A stretch of 62,897 nt of DNA, filler included, from Reclinomonas americana ATCC 50394 (taxonomy: Eukaryota), in assembly GCA_048213135.1 (NCBI GenBank). It is 11 parts of 11 records of this genome, joined end to end, with 100 filler letters (N's around TTAATTAATTAA, not from the genome) between each part and the next. Parts side by side here need not be neighbours in the genome. Positions count along the whole stretch, not along the records: positions 57,412 to 61,018 come from AFZH01019582.1; positions 61,119 to 62,897 come from AFZH01019589.1; 9 more parts are not named here. One strand, given 5' to 3'. Position 1 is the first letter of the stretch; every line of letters starts with the position of its first letter. Below, piece after piece: positions 58,004 through 62,897 of the stretch. Made by a program: the position numbers and the translations under genes. Below the pieces are notes generated by a model. That model was given only the letters and a program-made list of their open reading frames with translations. It made no database searches and was not told where the DNA came from.

Positions 58004-59465
58004 ATGGGTGAGTTGTCTTTTTGGCTTGCTGTTTTCCACCTTACCGCGCTCACTGTGCGCCTCGGCGATGCAGCGTCTTCTGTTGCCAAGACGGCGTCGA
58101 ATGGAGACGCAAAGAAGGGTGAGGACAAACCGGCGGCGCCAGTGACTGGCTACGATGCCGCTGTGCAGTTTGCCATTGGTACCTTTGGAGGCATTGGCTT
58201 CTGGCGTGTGTTCCGGCCATTCGTGGAGTCCCACACGCACGCGCACAGTCCAGTCATGGTACGTGTGTTCGAGAAGTACACGCGCACACAATGCAACGGC
58301 GACGGCGGACGGTCACTCTGCTGTGTGTGTTGCTGCAGATGTTCCCGATTCTCAAGTGGCTGTTGCCCGCGATCTTCACCCCGCTCTACGTCATCATGGT
58401 CTTCTATCACAAGCGGGTACGTATTCTGCAGCGGCGACAGCGGCGACCGCAGTTGTTCACGGATCGCAATCGCCGCAGGTTCGCATGCAGAAGAAGCCAG
58501 AGGATGCACCGGTGATCAACCCGGGTCTCTGGCTGGCCCGATGGAACCTCTTCCTCACCATTCTGTCGTACATTATGATGACGGGCCTCCTGGAGGGAAT
58601 GGTGCGTGAATGTGGCGAACCGTTGAAGTGCAATTTGTCGGTGCTCACCGCGTCGCGCTACACAGTACGACGGGTACATGAAGCAGCCGGAGCTCGGCGT
58701 GCTTACGTTCCTGTGCACCGACGAGTGGTGGGACAATGGCATGCTTATGTTCAACATCTGGCTGTTCACGTACTCCAAGGTGCGTAGCGCATGCACAGCT
58801 CTCTCACTCCCCTCTCCTCTGCTGCTCATGTCTGCCGTTGTTTTGTTTGCTTGTACACCGCAGTACATTGAGTTGATCGACACGGTGTTCCACGTGCTGA
58901 AGCGCTCGGAGATCTCCTTCCTGCACTGGTACCACCACACCACCGTGCTGCTGTACACGTGGTACATGACCACGTTCCGTATGTCGCTCGGTTCCATTTT
59001 CGCCACGGTCAACAGTGCAGTGCACGGCATGGTGCGCTCGTCACCGCATTGTGCGCTGTCTGCTTTTGTGCTCTGTTTTTGCTGAGGCGCCACACACGTG
59101 CACACAGATGTACGCATATTATTACCACTCGTCGGTCGGCCGCCGTCAGACATATGGCGTGTGGGTGACGCGGTTCCAGTTGACGCAAATGGGCGTCGGT
59201 CTGGTCTCTACTGCGGTGTGGGCCTACTACCACATCTCCGACAACAAGACGTGCCCGTCGCCCACGGATCTCGAGTGGCCGGTGACGCTGGGTGCCTCGG
59301 TGGCGCTGTACGGCTCCTACTTTGTGCTGTTTGCCCTGTGCGTACGCGTGTCTCCTGTTCTCACGTTACGCACGTACTGACAATCTGCGCAGGTTTTACA
59401 TTGATCGATGGATCAAGAACGCGAAGGAGGCCAGCGCCGCCAAGGCCAAGAGCAAGACAGCATAA
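58004..59465 (+). CDS. GNS1/SUR4 (ELO) fatty-acid elongase
   Basis: WNLFLTILS, FTYSKYIELIDTVFHVLK, FLHWYHHTTV, NSAVHGMMYAYY, TRFQLTQM, LYGSYFVLF and a K-rich C-terminus. Confidence 0.93.
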
Positions 59466-59702
59466 GGCTGCACTCGGGTGCCCCAGATTTTTAACCTTCT
59501 ATCCTTCCCATGTTTTTCCCCGTCGCCATTGTCTGTCACTTGCGCGTGCTTGCGCACGGCCACCTGCCAGTTGTGTGGCAAATCGTGTTGTGTGCGTGTG
59601 TGCGCGCGTGTGTGCGCGCGTGTGTGCGCGCGCGCGCCGGTGGCTGCGAGGCGACTTTCCTGGCTATTTGATTTGATGAATGAACGTTATCTGTAGAGGT
59701 GG

Positions 59703-60858
59703 TCACTCGCCGCTCGCACTCTCCGCCAGCTCCGCCAAGATGGCCTCCACGTGATCGATGTCGTAGTACTCGTTGCCTGGTGTGTGTGAGAGAGAGAGAT
59801 GATGAGTTGAAGTCTGTACGCAGAGGGGAGGGGTGCGTACCATACAGCGCGTCGACACGACAGACGCGAGTGGCGTCGGTTTTGAGGTACGCATACAGCT
59901 TCGCCACACTGCTGTCGCTAATGTCGGTCCGCTCCACGTTGAGGTAGGTCAGTGACGGTGGCAGGTTGCACGCCAGCAGATCCATGCCTCCATCTTGCAC
60001 GCTGTTGCCTGTGCGTGTAGCTGGGAGATGAGTATCGAGAGCAAGCGCCAGATTCGTCAGCGACCACATCACCATCCAAGAAGAGTGTGGTGAGACGCGG
60101 CATGCTGCGGAACGTCCAGGCGGATACCATCATGGCCGACGCATCAAAATTGTTGGCCCCGAAATCGAGCATGACGAGCGACGCACCGCAGTGCGTGACC
60201 AGGGAGGGCATCAGCGTGCAAAAGGCGCGCTCGGTTACAAAGTTGCCGCGCAGCGAGAGTCGCTCAAGATGGGGAGTGGTGGCGAGCACCGAGCGAAGCG
60301 CCACTGCGCCCTTGCCACCGATGCGGTTGTCTGCGCAAGACAACAACCGCCATCAGACCTCACAATGCCGATGGACGGACGCACGCACGTATCGCACGCG
60401 AAACATGAGAGATCCAACTGCCGCAGCGAGCTCACACAGCCCTCCAGTGCCGTGCAGAGCGCCGGGAACTGCTGTGCGGTGAGCTGATTGCCTGTGCCTC
60501 TACCGTCAGCGATAGTCGCAGAAGGGAGGGCAGGAGTGCGAGGCGCGCAACGGCTCAGATTGAGGTACGTGATGCTGGGCAGACGCTCCAGCACACCAGG
60601 CAGCGACGACAGCATGGCAGCGTCGCGCAACTGCATGTGACTCAGATCGAGCGAGTGGAGCTTTTGCAGCGCCGACCGATCGCGACTCAGCATCCCCTGC
60701 ACCGCGTGCAGCATCACACTGTTGTGCTGACATCGCAGCGACTGCACGTGCGGGAAGGCGGCCACAATGTCGGCCAGCTCGGCGACCGAGAACGGAACAT
60801 TCACCGACACTTGTCCAGGCATCACGGTGACACGCGACTCCAGTGTCACATGTCGCAT
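59703..60858 (-). CDS. RNI-like leucine-rich repeat protein, 5'-partial
   Basis: LHSLDLSH, ITYLNLS(G)N, LRQLDLS(D)NRIGGKGA, LERLSLRGN, LVMLDFGAN, LTTLFLDGN and LTYLNVE. Confidence 0.8.
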
Positions 60859-60914
60859 GCAGTGCTCAATGGCGCTGTGAGAGAGTGAGTGAGAGAGAGT
60901 GCGTGAGAGAGTGT

Positions 60915-60968
<54 letters not shown>

Positions 60969-61162
60969 TAGAAGTAGTAGTGTGTGTGAGAGAGGAGGAG
61001 GAGGAGGAGAGAGAGAGGNNNNNNNNNNNNNNNNNNNNNNNNNNNNNNNNNNNNNNNNNNNNTTAATTAATTAANNNNNNNNNNNNNNNNNNNNNNNNNN
61101 NNNNNNNNNNNNNNNNNNACATCTGCAACCTCCCTCCTCTCTTCTACTCTCTCTCTCTCTCT

Positions 61163-61200
<38 letters not shown>

Positions 61201-61246
61201 CCCTCCATCCGCCATGAACCAAAACAAGACGTCACAGTTGGAAGAC

Positions 61247-61285
<39 letters not shown>

Positions 61286-62213
61286 TAGACATCTGCGGAG
61301 ACAGCCTCCCTTCTCTCTCTCTCACTCCCTTCTCTCTCTCACTCCCTCTCCCACCCTCCCTCCCTCTCCCTCCCTCCACCAATGGACCAAATCAAGACGT
61401 CACCATTGCTCTCGTCAGCGGCCTTTTGCGCAGCCGGCACCGCCTGCGCCGACGCCGACAATGCACCACCACCAATACCGACATTCCCCGCCGCAGACGA
61501 TCCCCCACCACTACTACTACTACTGCCACTGCCTGCTCCATCGACCGACGAGCAACTGAAACGGCTTTGGCGCCAGTCCGCCTCCGCCACCAGCAACTCC
61601 GCCAAGTCCGCTGCCTCCGCGACCCCAGTCACTGCGGCCGGCACCGCCGCGTGACCAGCTGCTGCCTGCACTGCCACGCCCTGTGTGTGTGCGCGTGTGT
61701 GTGTGTGTGTGAGATGTTGACCATCGCGACGTGTACACACACACGCGCGTGTGCGTGCGTTACCTCTAAAGCCACGTCCTGGTCCACTCATTTGCTGTGT
61801 TGTGCGTGTGCGTGTGTGTGTTCTGTCAAAGGCAAATGAGAGTTGGCGTGTGAGAGGTGACGGGTGGCGGGAAATAGAGAGACAAGTCGAGTGTGACATG
61901 CGGAGGAGGGCACACACGCGCACACACACGCGTGTGCGCAGAGAGGGAGTGGTGTGCGTGGGATACGCAGATGTGGGCGCTCTACCTTGGTTGATTGTGT
62001 TTCGTTGTGAGATGAAAGTGGACAGTGTGACGTCATCAGGGGAGAGCTTCGACTTTCTTTCTCTCGCGCGCTCTTTCTCTCCCCTTTCCCTCCTCTCTCT
62101 CTCTCTTTCTCCCTACATTTCTTGCATGCGCACTCACACACGCAAGCAAGTGCCCTCACAAATACACTCACGTCACTCCCGGTTAGCTTATGGATGCTCT
62201 GTGATACAAACCA

Positions 62214-62897
62214 ATGGTGACCGAGGGCCAGGTGATACTGCTTGTTACACGCGCGCCAGTCAGCCTTGACACAGAGGGGAAGCCAGGTTCGTTGCATTGC
62301 ACAAAAGGCCAACGTACTTTGAGGACATACCACGTGCCACCCCCGCCGCCGCCGCCGCCGCCGCTTGTGGCTCCTCTGCCGCCGTTGCCTGTTCCCCCTC
62401 CGGCTCCGCTCCCTCTCATTCCGGCTCCAGTCGCTCCCCAGAGTGCCCCGGTGTCGCCTGTTCGTTCCCCCGAGCGCCAGCCTTCCCACGACAACAACTT
62501 CAGCAGTTCCGACTCTGACAGCGAGCCTCTTGACGATGAAGAAGGGTTCAACTCCCCTCAGTCTCCTCGCCACCTGTCTCTTGCCTCACCCCAGTCGCAC
62601 TCGCGTGACGATGAGATGTCTCCCTATGCTGCTTCCCCCTCCGTTGTCCCCTCTCCCCTCCCTGCCCAGGTTGCTCACTCTCCCCCACTCATTCCGGGTG
62701 CTGGCCATGAAGCCGACGACCTTGATGTCGAGGAGCTGCTGCTGCCGCATCCGTCGCCAATCGAGGTGATTCTCGATTCTCCGATGGATGCTGCGCAACC
62801 TGTGGAGCCGGCCGCTGTGCCGGTTCCTGTGCAAGCCGCTCCTCTGGCACACGAGTACGACATGCTGTTCCCTGAGGACGCAGCAACGTTCCTCGAC
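62214..62897 (+). CDS. Pro/Ser/acidic low-complexity protein, open to window end
   Basis: The frame MVTEGQ...HVPPPPPP...SDSDSEPLDDEEG...HEYDMLFPED has no stop before the window end, so it is absent from the ORF track. Confidence 0.45.
   Translation, partial: MVTEGQVILLVTRAPVSLDTEGKPGSLHCTKGQRTLRTYHVPPPPPPPPPLVAPLPPLPVPPPAPLPLIPAPVAPQSAPVSPVRSPERQPSHDNNFSSSDSDSEPLDDEEGFNSPQSPRHLSLASPQSHSRDDEMSPYAASPSVVPSPLPAQVAHSPPLIPGAGHEADDLDVEELLLPHPSPIEVILDSPMDAAQPVEPAAVPVPVQAAPLAHEYDMLFPEDAATFLD

Noticed and set aside
6015..61118. Recurring TTAATTAATTAA motif within N runs, and gene neighbourhoods across these runs
   Set aside because: This is an artificial six-frame-stop linker. Adjacency of genes on different contigs (e.g. 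MPG or ITFG1 next to the transposon) carries no biological meaning.

Overview
This window is not one locus. It is 11 unrelated contigs joined by an artificial 100-nt linker (N44-TTAATTAATTAA-N44). The DNA is from a compact, GC-rich, intron-dense eukaryote (probably a protist; standard genetic code; most introns about 55-105 nt; many CA/CT microsatellites), so the six-frame ORF track mostly shows exon fragments and antisense shadows. Hand-spliced host genes include a halide/thiol methyltransferase, an ARM+SPRY protein, a UBL-fused 3-methyladenine glycosylase (MPG), UTP23, ITFG1, a CLU/TPR protein, a Methyltransf_FA+BTB protein, a VASt lipid-transfer protein, a PHB depolymerase, FPGS, WDR27, CRIPT, an acid sphingomyelinase-like enzyme, an ELO elongase and an LRR protein. 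The standout is contig 6115-13166, which looks like a whole two-gene DNA transposon. It carries an intact 12-exon, ~1467-aa RAG1-like (RAG1/Transib/Chapaev-group) DDE transposase with an NBD-like segment, all three catalytic acids and the C2H2 zinc ligands. That gene lies tail-to-tail with an unknown 4-exon 303-aa gene that is not RAG2-like, and imperfect inverted repeats sit at both contig ends. Also notable are a U12-type AT-AC intron in UTP23 and a 6-nt micro-exon. All gene models were spliced by eye and family calls come from motif recognition; no database searches were run.
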